Origin: Thermoplasmata archaeon
GTDB lineage: Archaea > Thermoplasmatota > Thermoplasmata > Thermoplasmatales > ARK-15
Direction: 5' to 3'
DNA length: 45,361 bases
Assembly (NCBI GenBank): GCA_039794005.1
Contig: JBAMMA010000003.1
Span: forward strand, 1-45,361
The notes beneath the pieces are model-generated. The model was given only the letters and a program-made list of their open reading frames with translations, had not been told where the DNA came from and made no database searches. Below are positions 1 to 8,433 of this stretch, in pieces (position 1 is the first letter of the stretch; each line of letters begins with the position of its first letter). A program made the position numbers and the translations under genes.

Positions 1-1
1 G

Positions 2-352
2 ATGAAGGATGAGCAACCCGTAATCTACGGTGATGGTAAACAGAGGAGGGATTTCATATACGTGGACGATGTTGTCAATGCCCTTGAACTTGCAATGAAA
101 TCAAAAAACAATGGCATTTACAATGTTGGAACGGGCAAATCATATTCACTCAATGAGATGCTCGATATACTCAAAAAAATCATAGGCAAGGATGTCAGGC
201 CAAAATACATCGAGAATCCAATGAAAAACTATGTGATGGTAACCCAGGCCAGCACTGAAAAGGCAAAAAAGGAACTGGGATTCGAGGCGAAAATTTCACT
301 TGAGGAAGGGATAAGAAAAATTTATGAATATTACTCTAATGTAAATTTGTGA
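2..352 (+). CDS. NAD-dependent epimerase/dehydratase (extended SDR), C-terminal part; truncated by window edge
   Basis: PVIYGDGKQRRDFIYVDD and YNVGTG motifs typical of the C-terminal half of nucleotide-sugar epimerases. Confidence 0.85.
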   Translation: MKDEQPVIYGDGKQRRDFIYVDDVVNALELAMKSKNNGIYNVGTGKSYSLNEMLDILKKIIGKDVRPKYIENPMKNYVMVTQASTEKAKKELGFEAKISLEEGIRKIYEYYSNVNL

Positions 353-1241
353 GTTCTTCCAAAATTTTTCTTACACCTTTTCGTATATCGTATTCTGGCT
401 CAAAGCCCAGGTCCCTTTTTGATTTTGTAATATCCGCCTGAGTGAACATCTGGTAGCTTTTCAGTGGGTTTGGAATATATATGGGATCTTTATCAAAATT
501 CATTTCCTCTTTAATTATATTAAATACTGTGTTAAAATCGGTTGAAACACCCGTGCCCACATTGTAAACCTCTCCATTCCTTCCCCTCTCCATCGCAAGT
601 ATTGATGCCCTTGCTGAATCCTCAACATAAATAAAATCCCTTCTCTGGGTACCATCACCATATATTACCGGAACCCTGCCGTTCATTATGTCATCTATGA
701 ATTTCCATATCACGCTTGCATAGCTACCCTTGGTATTTTCCCCTATGCCGTATGTGTTGAAATATCTCAGTGATACTGTTTCAAGGCCATAGTTCGTGAA
801 CACCTTTGCCGTAAGTTCATTTATCCTCTTGCTTGCGGGATAAAAATTCAAATAGTTTTCAGGAATTGCATCCTCAACGGAAACACTTTTTGAATTACCG
901 TAAACAGATGATGAAGATGCAATTATTATCCTTTTAACATTATTTTTTACCGCTGCCGCCATGACGTTATAGGTACCAATGACATTTGTTTCAAAACCTT
1001 CTGAGAGAAGATCTTCAAATTCCGGAGGCGATGTTACAGCCGCGAGGTGAAAAATAACATCTGTATTTTCAGTAACTTTCAGCATCAATTTTATATTTCT
1101 CACATCCCCTTTTATATGTTCATCAGAAACTGAATTCTTATCCTTTAAATCCAGAGTGATAACATAATGCCCCTTTTCCTTCAATTTTCTGACTATATTC
1201 CTTCCAATAAATCCCGATCCTCCAGTTACAAGAATATTCAT
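336..1241 (-). CDS. NAD-dependent epimerase/dehydratase (UDP-sugar 4-epimerase-like)
   Basis: ILVTGGSGFIG Rossmann motif, HLAA, SSSSVYG, YxxxK (YPASK), LRYFNTYG, GDGTQRRDFIYV. Confidence 0.9.
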   Translation of the reverse strand: MNILVTGGSGFIGRNIVRKLKEKGHYVITLDLKDKNSVSDEHIKGDVRNIKLMLKVTENTDVIFHLAAVTSPPEFEDLLSEGFETNVIGTYNVMAAAVKNNVKRIIIASSSSVYGNSKSVSVEDAIPENYLNFYPASKRINELTAKVFTNYGLETVSLRYFNTYGIGENTKGSYASVIWKFIDDIMNGRVPVIYGDGTQRRDFIYVEDSARASILAMERGRNGEVYNVGTGVSTDFNTVFNIIKEEMNFDKDPIYIPNPLKSYQMFTQADITKSKRDLGFEPEYDIRKGVRKILEELTNLH

Positions 1242-1266
1242 GTAAATAGATGAATATTAAAAGATA

Positions 1267-1896
1267 TTAATTTTTTTCATTATCGTTCAGTGAGCTTACA
1301 ATGTTATCCATACGTTCAAAATCTATTATTATGAGTATATTATTCCCTTTTAAATTTTCCCTTATTTTTTCGGTCATGTATTTTTCCCTTTCCATTTCGA
1401 GCTTTTTATATCCTCCGCGGTTAACAATCCTGTCCCATTCAAGTGAAAATTCCTCGGGTGTTTTTGATCTGAACCTTCTTTTCAGAATCCTGTTTTTTCT
1501 AAGAGAATGTCTCAGAAGATCAAAAAATGATACATTTTTCGTAAAAGCATTTGCATAATCCTCATCGTTCATATCTATTGCTATCACATCAATATTGTTT
1601 TTCATTGCATAAACAAGAGCATGATAATAAGAAGGAACTGGCAATTTTACCTTTGTCAGTTCCTTCAATTTTAATCCCCATATCAATTCATAATCTGTTA
1701 AATCAATGTCAAAGGGTTTTTCAATATATTTTTTCAATCCATCTAGCTCTTCAGGTGAAATACCAAGAAGTATAATTTCAATTTTATTTTCTGAAAATAT
1801 TCTATCCAATTCTTCTATTTCATAAGCTACTCCCCTCACCGTGCCAAAAAAAATTATTCTTTTTCCCTCGATATTTTTCACGAGAACCTTTTCCAT
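1267..1896 (-). CDS. Hypothetical protein, possibly TraB/PrgY-like fold
   Basis: Long ORF (ATG 1896, or TTG 1908); GTV, A..A..NNIDVIAID and EREKYM spacing recalls the TraB family; weak. Confidence 0.5.
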   Translation of the reverse strand: MEKVLVKNIEGKRIIFFGTVRGVAYEIEELDRIFSENKIEIILLGISPEELDGLKKYIEKPFDIDLTDYELIWGLKLKELTKVKLPVPSYYHALVYAMKNNIDVIAIDMNDEDYANAFTKNVSFFDLLRHSLRKNRILKRRFRSKTPEEFSLEWDRIVNRGGYKKLEMEREKYMTEKIRENLKGNNILIIIDFERMDNIVSSLNDNEKN

Positions 1897-2030
1897 TTTA
1901 TTGTTCAAAATATAATATTATTATTAATTTTTTGATATTATTTTTCAAAAATTAATATAAATATGTAATTAAATAATTAATGTTAGAAAAAAATTTTTAT
2001 CCAATAATGAAATGTTGGCATGGTGATTAT

Positions 2031-2264
2031 ATGACTATAGATACGGCTACGGCACTTTATGCAATTGCGGCAGCAATATCCATGGCAGGAGGTTTAATAG
2101 GCACCGGGTTGGCACAAATGGGCATCGGTGCTGCTGGTATGGGTGTTGTTGCTGAGAAGCCTGAAAAGATGGGTCAGGTATTATTCTTCTTGGTTATACC
2201 GGAGACACTCTTCATATTTGGTTTTGTTTTCGGTCTAATACTGCTCATGCACATACTAGGTTGA
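2031..2264 (+). CDS. atpK: A-type ATP synthase subunit K (c, proteolipid), single hairpin
   Basis: Gly-rich hydrophobic hairpin with AQ...PET ion-binding Glu; GGTGA SD at 2022-2026 favours ATG 2031 over 1980. Confidence 0.93.
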   Translation: MTIDTATALYAIAAAISMAGGLIGTGLAQMGIGAAGMGVVAEKPEKMGQVLFFLVIPETLFIFGFVFGLILLMHILG

Positions 2265-2268
2265 AAAG

Positions 2269-2844
2269 ATGGCCATTGAAGATATTGTCAATGGGATATT
2301 AGAGAAAGGCAACATTGAAATAGAGAACATCAGAAAAAATACTGAAGAGCAGGTCAAAAAAATTATCAAGGAAGCAGAAGAGAAGGCAGAAAAATACAAG
2401 AAAGAAATGCAGAGCCATATAGACAAAGAAATTGAAATGGAAATATCAAGGGCGATATCGCAGAAGAATCTGGAAATGAAAAAGATATACCTAGAAAAGG
2501 TAAATGAAATAATAGAAATCTATTTTAGCCAGATAAAGGATACCTTGAGAAAGCTAAGGGGCACACAGTCATATATTTCATATATTCAAAGATCATATAA
2601 AGATGCCTTAAACGAAATGGGACTCGATGAAAATTCCGTTATAATAGAAATATCAGAAAAGGACAAGGTCCTATTCCAAAAAAATAAAAACGTTGCTTTC
2701 AATCAAGAATTAAATGATCTTGGTGGAATAATAGTAAAATCAAAGGATGGAAAAAGGATATTCGATAGATCATTGAACAGGTTATTGGAGGACACGGAGC
2801 ATGAAATTAAATCAGAAATATATTCGCTTTTAAAGGGTGAATAA
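2269..2844 (+). CDS. atpE: A-type ATP synthase subunit E
   Basis: N-terminal coiled coil, C-terminal GGIIVKSKDGKRIFDRSL motif, operon position. Confidence 0.9.
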   Translation: MAIEDIVNGILEKGNIEIENIRKNTEEQVKKIIKEAEEKAEKYKKEMQSHIDKEIEMEISRAISQKNLEMKKIYLEKVNEIIEIYFSQIKDTLRKLRGTQSYISYIQRSYKDALNEMGLDENSVIIEISEKDKVLFQKNKNVAFNQELNDLGGIIVKSKDGKRIFDRSLNRLLEDTEHEIKSEIYSLLKGE

Positions 2845-2847
2845 AGT

Positions 2848-3918
2848 TTGGAAAATTTCATTTTATATTCATATCCATATGCGAGGGCAAGAGCGATAGA
2901 ATCACTGTTGTTAAAACATGATTTTTATGAAAAACTCATAAGTTCAAGGGATATAAATGAAATAATTTCACATTTAATGGAAACACACTATAGAGAATAC
3001 CTAAACACCTTCGGTTCAAAATATTCAGGAATTGATTTGGTTGAAATATCTGTAAATTCTTACATCACAAGGATATCAAGGATAATATTAAATATGACCC
3101 CCAGGATGAGTTTGGATGCCGTCAGGGCATATATTGCAAAATATGATATTTCAAACATCAAAGTTATACTGTCATCAAAAGTTTTAGGCAAACCTATCAA
3201 GGAATCGGAGATGTTTTTGTTATCCGAAAATGACATTCCTGTTGGCATAGTAGCCGGTACATTAAGCAATGAGGATTTCAAGATATTGATGAACGAAGAC
3301 ATTGAAGGTGCTATCAAATATCTTTTAAAATTTCCATACGGAAGGGTATTAATGGAAGGGATGGAATCCTTCAAGAAGAGCAATGATATAGGTGAATTGT
3401 TAATATCATTAGATCTATTTTATTATAAGAATTTAAAGGAAAAGGTAAGGATATTCATGGGTAATGAATTGCCCGTTATTAATCTGATTGAAAACATAAT
3501 AGATTCAAGAAATATTATGACGATATTAAGGGCATTTTCTCTTGGAATTCCTCAAAATGAGATAAAGAACTATTTGCTGGATGGAGGTTCCCTAAATCAG
3601 CAGAAGATTGAGGATTTAACGAGATCAAACAGCATAGATGAGGTAGTCGAAAAACTGAGGGAAAAATTTGACCTGACACATGCATTAGAAGCGTACAAGA
3701 ATGAAAATGATTTGAAAGAGTTTGAAATACAGCTAGATAAATATATAATAGAAAAAAATATACCGAGTTTTAGAATAGCATCCCCTGGATTGTCATCAAT
3801 AATAGGTTTAATGCTTATGTTTGAAACCGAGAGGGAAAATATTAGAAAGATAGCATATTCAAAATTATATAACCTATCAAATGAAAGGATAAAGTCAATG
3901 TTGGTGAAAGTGATATGA
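2848..3918 (+). CDS. atpC: A-type ATP synthase subunit C
   Basis: YPYARARA N-terminus, YDISNIK, ERENIRKI; TTG start after GGTGA SD. Confidence 0.92.
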   Translation: MENFILYSYPYARARAIESLLLKHDFYEKLISSRDINEIISHLMETHYREYLNTFGSKYSGIDLVEISVNSYITRISRIILNMTPRMSLDAVRAYIAKYDISNIKVILSSKVLGKPIKESEMFLLSENDIPVGIVAGTLSNEDFKILMNEDIEGAIKYLLKFPYGRVLMEGMESFKKSNDIGELLISLDLFYYKNLKEKVRIFMGNELPVINLIENIIDSRNIMTILRAFSLGIPQNEIKNYLLDGGSLNQQKIEDLTRSNSIDEVVEKLREKFDLTHALEAYKNENDLKEFEIQLDKYIIEKNIPSFRIASPGLSSIIGLMLMFETERENIRKIAYSKLYNLSNERIKSMLVKVI

Positions 3919-4247
3919 AAGATGAATTTTACAACATTGTTGTCATCGGGGAAAGGGAATTGGTACTGGGGTACAAGATGATAGGATGCGATGAATCATA
4001 CGTTGTGGAAAATGAAATTGAAGGGGCAAAGAAGTTGATTTCTATATTCAACAGGAATGATGTAGGTCTAATAATAGCTTCAGATTTCATAAGAAATGGT
4101 TTAAATGAAAGTGAGATTGACAAGATTCAAATGTCGGTGAGGCCATTGGTAGTTTTTGTTCCATCGGAAAGGATGAAGGGTAAAAAGGAGGAGGAAGTCT
4201 TAAGGGAAGTTATAAAGAGGGTTCTTGGAATAGATTTGGAGGTGTAA
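3915..4247 (+). CDS. atpF: A-type ATP synthase subunit F
   Basis: [17 protein letters not shown] and IKRVLGIDL motifs, 110 aa. Confidence 0.92.
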   Translation: MKDEFYNIVVIGERELVLGYKMIGCDESYVVENEIEGAKKLISIFNRNDVGLIIASDFIRNGLNESEIDKIQMSVRPLVVFVPSERMKGKKEEEVLREVIKRVLGIDLEV

Positions 4248-4249
4248 AC

Positions 4250-5992
4250 ATGGGTGTAATATATAGGGTATCTGGTCCAGTAGTCGTAGCAAAGGACGTT
4301 GAAAATGCAAAGATGTACGATGTAGTATATGTTGGAGAGGAAAAGCTCATTGGTGAAATAATTAGAATCATAGGAAACAATTCAACGATTCAGGTTTATG
4401 AAGACACAAGCGGTTTGAGGCCTGGAGAACCTGTTGTTAATACTTCAAAACCGTTATCGGTTGAGCTAGGTCCAGGCCTCTTAAGAAGTATATACGATGG
4501 TATCCAGAGACCATTACCTGTATTAAAGGAAAAGAGTGGTGATTTCATAAAGAGGGGAATATTTGCAAATGCATTGGATGAAAAGGTACTATGGGAATTC
4601 ATACCAGTTTTAAAACCGGGTGATGTGGTAAATCCCGGCACAATTATAGGATATGTAAAAGAATCAAAAACAATTAATACCAAAATAATGGTCCCAATGG
4701 GTGTAAGTGGAGCAATAAAGGAAATTTACAGCGGCAAATTCACGGTAAATGATACGGTTGCGGTTATAAACACGGTCAATGGTGAAGTAAAACTCACAAT
4801 GAAAGAATATTGGAGTGTCAGGTTTCCGAGGCCCTTCAAGGAAAAGCTCCGCCCTCAACTACCTATGATAACTGGTCAGAGGGTAATAGACACGTTTTTC
4901 ACGATTGCAAAAGGAGGCACCGCGTGCGTTATAGGTCCATTCGGTTCAGGTAAAACCGTTATACAACACCAGCTTGCAAAATGGTCCGATACTGATGTCG
5001 TAGTTTATGTTGGTTGTGGTGAAAGGGGAAATGAGATGACCGAGGTTTTGGTGACATTCCCAGAATTAATAGATCCGAAAACAAAGGGTCCTTTAATGGA
5101 CAGAACGGTATTAATAGCAAACACATCAAACATGCCAGTTGCGGCAAGGGAGGCAAGCGTTTATACTGCAATAACAATTGCAGAATATTTCAGAGACATG
5201 GGTTACGATGTGTCCCTGATGGCCGACAGTACAAGCAGGTGGGCAGAGGCGATGAGAGAGATATCTGGAAGGTTAGAGGAAATGCCCGGTGAGGAGGGTT
5301 ATCCGGCATATTTGAGCAGAAGACTTGCTGAATTTTATGAAAGGGCTGGAAGGGTAATAACACTAAATGGACAGTATGGTTCTGTTACGGTTGTAGGGGC
5401 AGTATCTCCTCCGGGTGGAGATACCTCGGAGCCCGTTTCTCAGGGTACATTGAGACTTACAAAGGTTTTCTGGGCCCTCGATGCATCATTGGCAAACAGA
5501 AGGCATTTCCCATCCGTTAACTGGCTTATCAGCTATTCACAATATCACGATTCCATGCAGGAATGGTTTGAGAAAAATGTTTCAAAGGAATGGAATGTTT
5601 TGAGAGATAGGGCCATGGCCATCTTGCAACAGGAGGAAGAGCTGCAGCAGATAGTCCAGCTTGTAGGGCCTGATGCGCTACCGGACAAGGAAAGGATTAT
5701 ATTGGATACTGCAAAAATGTTGAGAGAAGATTATCTGCAGCAGAGTGCCTTTGATGAAGTTGATACATACTGTTCATTGAAAAAGCAATATTTGATGTTA
5801 AAAACGATATTGAATTACCATGACATGTCCATGAAAGGTGTATCATCTGGAGTATCTCTGAAATCAATATTTTCCATGAAGGTAAGGGATAAAATATCAA
5901 GGATGAAGGAAATTAAAGAAGAGAATCTGGGTGATATCGAAAATCTAAATAAAGAGATTGTTGACGAATTTAAAAGTTTGGGGGTGTCATGA
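4250..5992 (+). CDS. atpA: A-type ATP synthase catalytic subunit A (no intein)
   Basis: P-loop [40 protein letters not shown]. Confidence 0.98.
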   Translation: MGVIYRVSGPVVVAKDVENAKMYDVVYVGEEKLIGEIIRIIGNNSTIQVYEDTSGLRPGEPVVNTSKPLSVELGPGLLRSIYDGIQRPLPVLKEKSGDFIKRGIFANALDEKVLWEFIPVLKPGDVVNPGTIIGYVKESKTINTKIMVPMGVSGAIKEIYSGKFTVNDTVAVINTVNGEVKLTMKEYWSVRFPRPFKEKLRPQLPMITGQRVIDTFFTIAKGGTACVIGPFGSGKTVIQHQLAKWSDTDVVVYVGCGERGNEMTEVLVTFPELIDPKTKGPLMDRTVLIANTSNMPVAAREASVYTAITIAEYFRDMGYDVSLMADSTSRWAEAMREISGRLEEMPGEEGYPAYLSRRLAEFYERAGRVITLNGQYGSVTVVGAVSPPGGDTSEPVSQGTLRLTKVFWALDASLANRRHFPSVNWLISYSQYHDSMQEWFEKNVSKEWNVLRDRAMAILQQEEELQQIVQLVGPDALPDKERIILDTAKMLREDYLQQSAFDEVDTYCSLKKQYLMLKTILNYHDMSMKGVSSGVSLKSIFSMKVRDKISRMKEIKEENLGDIENLNKEIVDEFKSLGVS

Positions 5993-7369
5993 ATGTTAGA
6001 ATTTAAAACAGTTTCACAGATTGCAGGACCTCTCCTGTTCGTTGAGAATGTAGAAAATGCAGGATATAACGAGGTGGTTGAGATAACGCTTCCAAATGGG
6101 GAAAAGAAGAGCGGCCAAGTCTTGGATACAAGAAAGGGTTTAGCAATTGTTCAGGTATTTGGCCCTACAACAGGAATAGATGTTCCAAACACAACCGTTA
6201 GGTTTAAAGGGGATATTGTCAGGATACCAGTTTCAGATGAGATGCTAGGTAGAATATTTGATGGTTTGGGAAATCCAAGGGATGGAGGAGGGCCCTTATT
6301 ATCAAAGGAAAAGCACGAAATTGTGGGATATGCTATAAATCCATATTCAAGGGAAGAACCATCAGAATTCATACAGACTGGAATATCAGCCATTGACGGA
6401 ATGAATACTCTCGTAAGGGGTCAAAAACTGCCAATTTTCTCAGGCTCTGGTCTACCACACAACTATATTGCCGCACAGATCGCCAGGCAATCAAAGGTTT
6501 TGGGTGAAGGAGAAAATTTTGCCGTTGTATTTGCCGCCATGGGTATTACTACTGAAGAGGCTCATTTCTTCATAAACGATTTTAGGAATACGGGAGCATT
6601 TGAAAGGACCGTAATGTTTTTAAGTCTTGCATCGGATCCAAGTATGGAAAGAATATTAACGCCAAGGATGGCATTAACTGTAGCAGAATATCTTGCATTT
6701 GAAAAGGATATGCATGTCCTTGTCATATTAACCGACATGACGAATTATTGTGAAGCTCTGAGGGAAATATCGGCTTCAAGAGAAGAGGTTCCTGGAAGGA
6801 GAGGATATCCGGGATATATGTATACGGATTTAGCGACAATATATGAAAGGGCTGGAAAGATTAAGGGGAAAGGAGGGTCCGTAACACAGTTCCCGATCCT
6901 TACAATGCCAGGAGATGATATAACGCATCCAATTCCAGATTTAACAGGATATATTACAGAAGGCCAGATTGTATTGTCCAGGGACCTTTTCCATAAGAAT
7001 ATATATCCTCCGATAGATGTTTTAATGAGCCTTTCAAGGCTCATGAACCAGGGTATTGGTAAGGGCAAGACAAGGGAAGACCACAGGGGTGTTGCAGACC
7101 AGCTTTATTCTGCATATGCCAGAGGTAGGGATTTAAGAAACCTGAGTGCAATTGTTGGAGAAGGTGCCCTGACCATGGAAGATAGGCAATTCTTAAAATT
7201 TGCCGATGAGTTTGAAAAGATTTTTATTGGTCAAGGGCAGAATGAGGACAGGTCAATAATAGAAACACTAGACCTAGGATGGCAATTGTTGGCCATGATA
7301 CCAGAGGGTGAATTAAAGAGAGTTAAGAAAGAATTTATTGAAAAATATGGAAGGAGGTTCAGGCAGTAG
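5993..7369 (+). CDS. atpB: A-type ATP synthase subunit B
   Basis: [46 protein letters not shown]. Confidence 0.98.
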   Translation: MLEFKTVSQIAGPLLFVENVENAGYNEVVEITLPNGEKKSGQVLDTRKGLAIVQVFGPTTGIDVPNTTVRFKGDIVRIPVSDEMLGRIFDGLGNPRDGGGPLLSKEKHEIVGYAINPYSREEPSEFIQTGISAIDGMNTLVRGQKLPIFSGSGLPHNYIAAQIARQSKVLGEGENFAVVFAAMGITTEEAHFFINDFRNTGAFERTVMFLSLASDPSMERILTPRMALTVAEYLAFEKDMHVLVILTDMTNYCEALREISASREEVPGRRGYPGYMYTDLATIYERAGKIKGKGGSVTQFPILTMPGDDITHPIPDLTGYITEGQIVLSRDLFHKNIYPPIDVLMSLSRLMNQGIGKGKTREDHRGVADQLYSAYARGRDLRNLSAIVGEGALTMEDRQFLKFADEFEKIFIGQGQNEDRSIIETLDLGWQLLAMIPEGELKRVKKEFIEKYGRRFRQ

Positions 7370-8020
7370 ATGCTTCAGAAGGTAAAACCTACCAGGATGG
7401 AACTTCTGCGATTGAAAAAAAGGATAACCATTGCAAGAAAGGGTCTGGATCTATTAAAATTGAAGAGGGCAGCATTGATAATTGAATTCATGAAATATGT
7501 TCATAAATCAAAGGATCTGAGAGAACAACTGGAAAAAATAACAAAAAAGGCATATGAAGATGTAAAAATAGCAGAAATATACCATGGAACCATAGGCATA
7601 GAAAGTGCAACGATGATGGTAAAGAAAATGGCAAAACTGAATATAAAGACAAAAAATGTCATGGGAATAAATCTTCCCATACTTGGAAGGGAAAGATTTG
7701 AAGATATCGTTAATACCAGATATAGATTAGTTGGATTTTCAGCAAAGATTGATCAAATAATAAACGATTTTGAAAAGTATCATAATCTGATATTAGAAAT
7801 TGCAGAGGTGGAAAATTCTATCAGAAAACTATTGCAAGAGATTGAGAAGACTAACAGGAGGTCCAATGCAATAGAAAAGATTCTGATACCGGAGTTAGAA
7901 AAACAGGCTTCATATTTAAAAATGAAATTTGAAGAGATGGAAAGGGATACTTTCGTCACGCTTAAGAAGATAAAAAGTAATTTGAGCAAGAGGGAAAATG
8001 CTGAAGCTATGGTTGATTAA
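7370..8020 (+). CDS. atpD: A-type ATP synthase subunit D
   Basis: PTRMEL, GLDLLKLKR, EIEKTNRRSNAIE, EEMERDTF. Confidence 0.96.
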   Translation: MLQKVKPTRMELLRLKKRITIARKGLDLLKLKRAALIIEFMKYVHKSKDLREQLEKITKKAYEDVKIAEIYHGTIGIESATMMVKKMAKLNIKTKNVMGINLPILGRERFEDIVNTRYRLVGFSAKIDQIINDFEKYHNLILEIAEVENSIRKLLQEIEKTNRRSNAIEKILIPELEKQASYLKMKFEEMERDTFVTLKKIKSNLSKRENAEAMVD

Positions 8021-8102
8021 AAACCTCTGGAAATTAAACATTGGTGTTGGGATAATGATTATCGCTATGGCGATAATATGGATGGTGATGGGAAATGGCT
8101 GA
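7998..8102 (+). CDS. Putative 34-aa single-pass membrane microprotein (MLKLWLIKNLWKLNIGVGIMIIAMAIIWMVMGNG)
   Basis: Hand-translated; fills the atpD-atpH gap and overlaps both genes; GAGGG 4 nt upstream of the ATG; about 19-residue hydrophobic stretch. Confidence 0.5.
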   Translation: MLKLWLIKNLWKLNIGVGIMIIAMAIIWMVMGNG

Positions 8103-8433
8103 TGTAAATGAATATTTAAAAAAGATCAAAGAGGCTGAGGAAAAAGTTTCAAACATGATAAAGGAGGAGAATGAAAAGGCACAGAAGATTATAGAAGAGG
8201 CAAAGAAGAAATATGAGGAAATAATGAAGAATGCTGAAATGGAAATAAAAAATTATAAAGAGAGAAAGGAGAATGAAATGAAAATTTTAATTGAAAAAAG
8301 AATCAAAGAGATTGAGCAGGAGTGGAATCAGAAAATCGATGAAATATCAAGTAAAACAATCAATGAAAATAAAATACTGGAATTATCCAAGATGATATTG
8401 GAGGGTGGTAAGCTTGGCCCTTCGTCCAGTTAA
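8095..8433 (+). CDS. atpH: A-type ATP synthase subunit H (G-like peripheral stalk)
   Basis: LKKIKEAEE N-terminus, charged coiled coil, directly before subunit I, GGTGA SD. Confidence 0.88.
   Translation: MADVNEYLKKIKEAEEKVSNMIKEENEKAQKIIEEAKKKYEEIMKNAEMEIKNYKERKENEMKILIEKRIKEIEQEWNQKIDEISSKTINENKILELSKMILEGGKLGPSSS

Noticed and set aside
2-1241. Epimerase pair as an invertible phase-variation cassette
   Set aside because: DNA identity is broken at many third codon positions and no recombinase is nearby
1922-1957. Inverted repeat TATTAATTTTTTGA...TCAAAAATTAATA upstream of atpK
   Set aside because: Each arm resembles the A-tract/TATA element seen at other promoters here, so divergent promoters in AT-rich DNA explain it
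7367-7369. Pyrrolysine or selenocysteine recoding at the in-frame atp stops
   Set aside because: Each subunit is full length with its own ATG and SD, and no pyl or sel genes are in the window
8069-8104. GGCGAT...GCTGATG resembling a fluoride riboswitch
   Set aside because: The pairing partner strands are missing and no crcB-type gene follows
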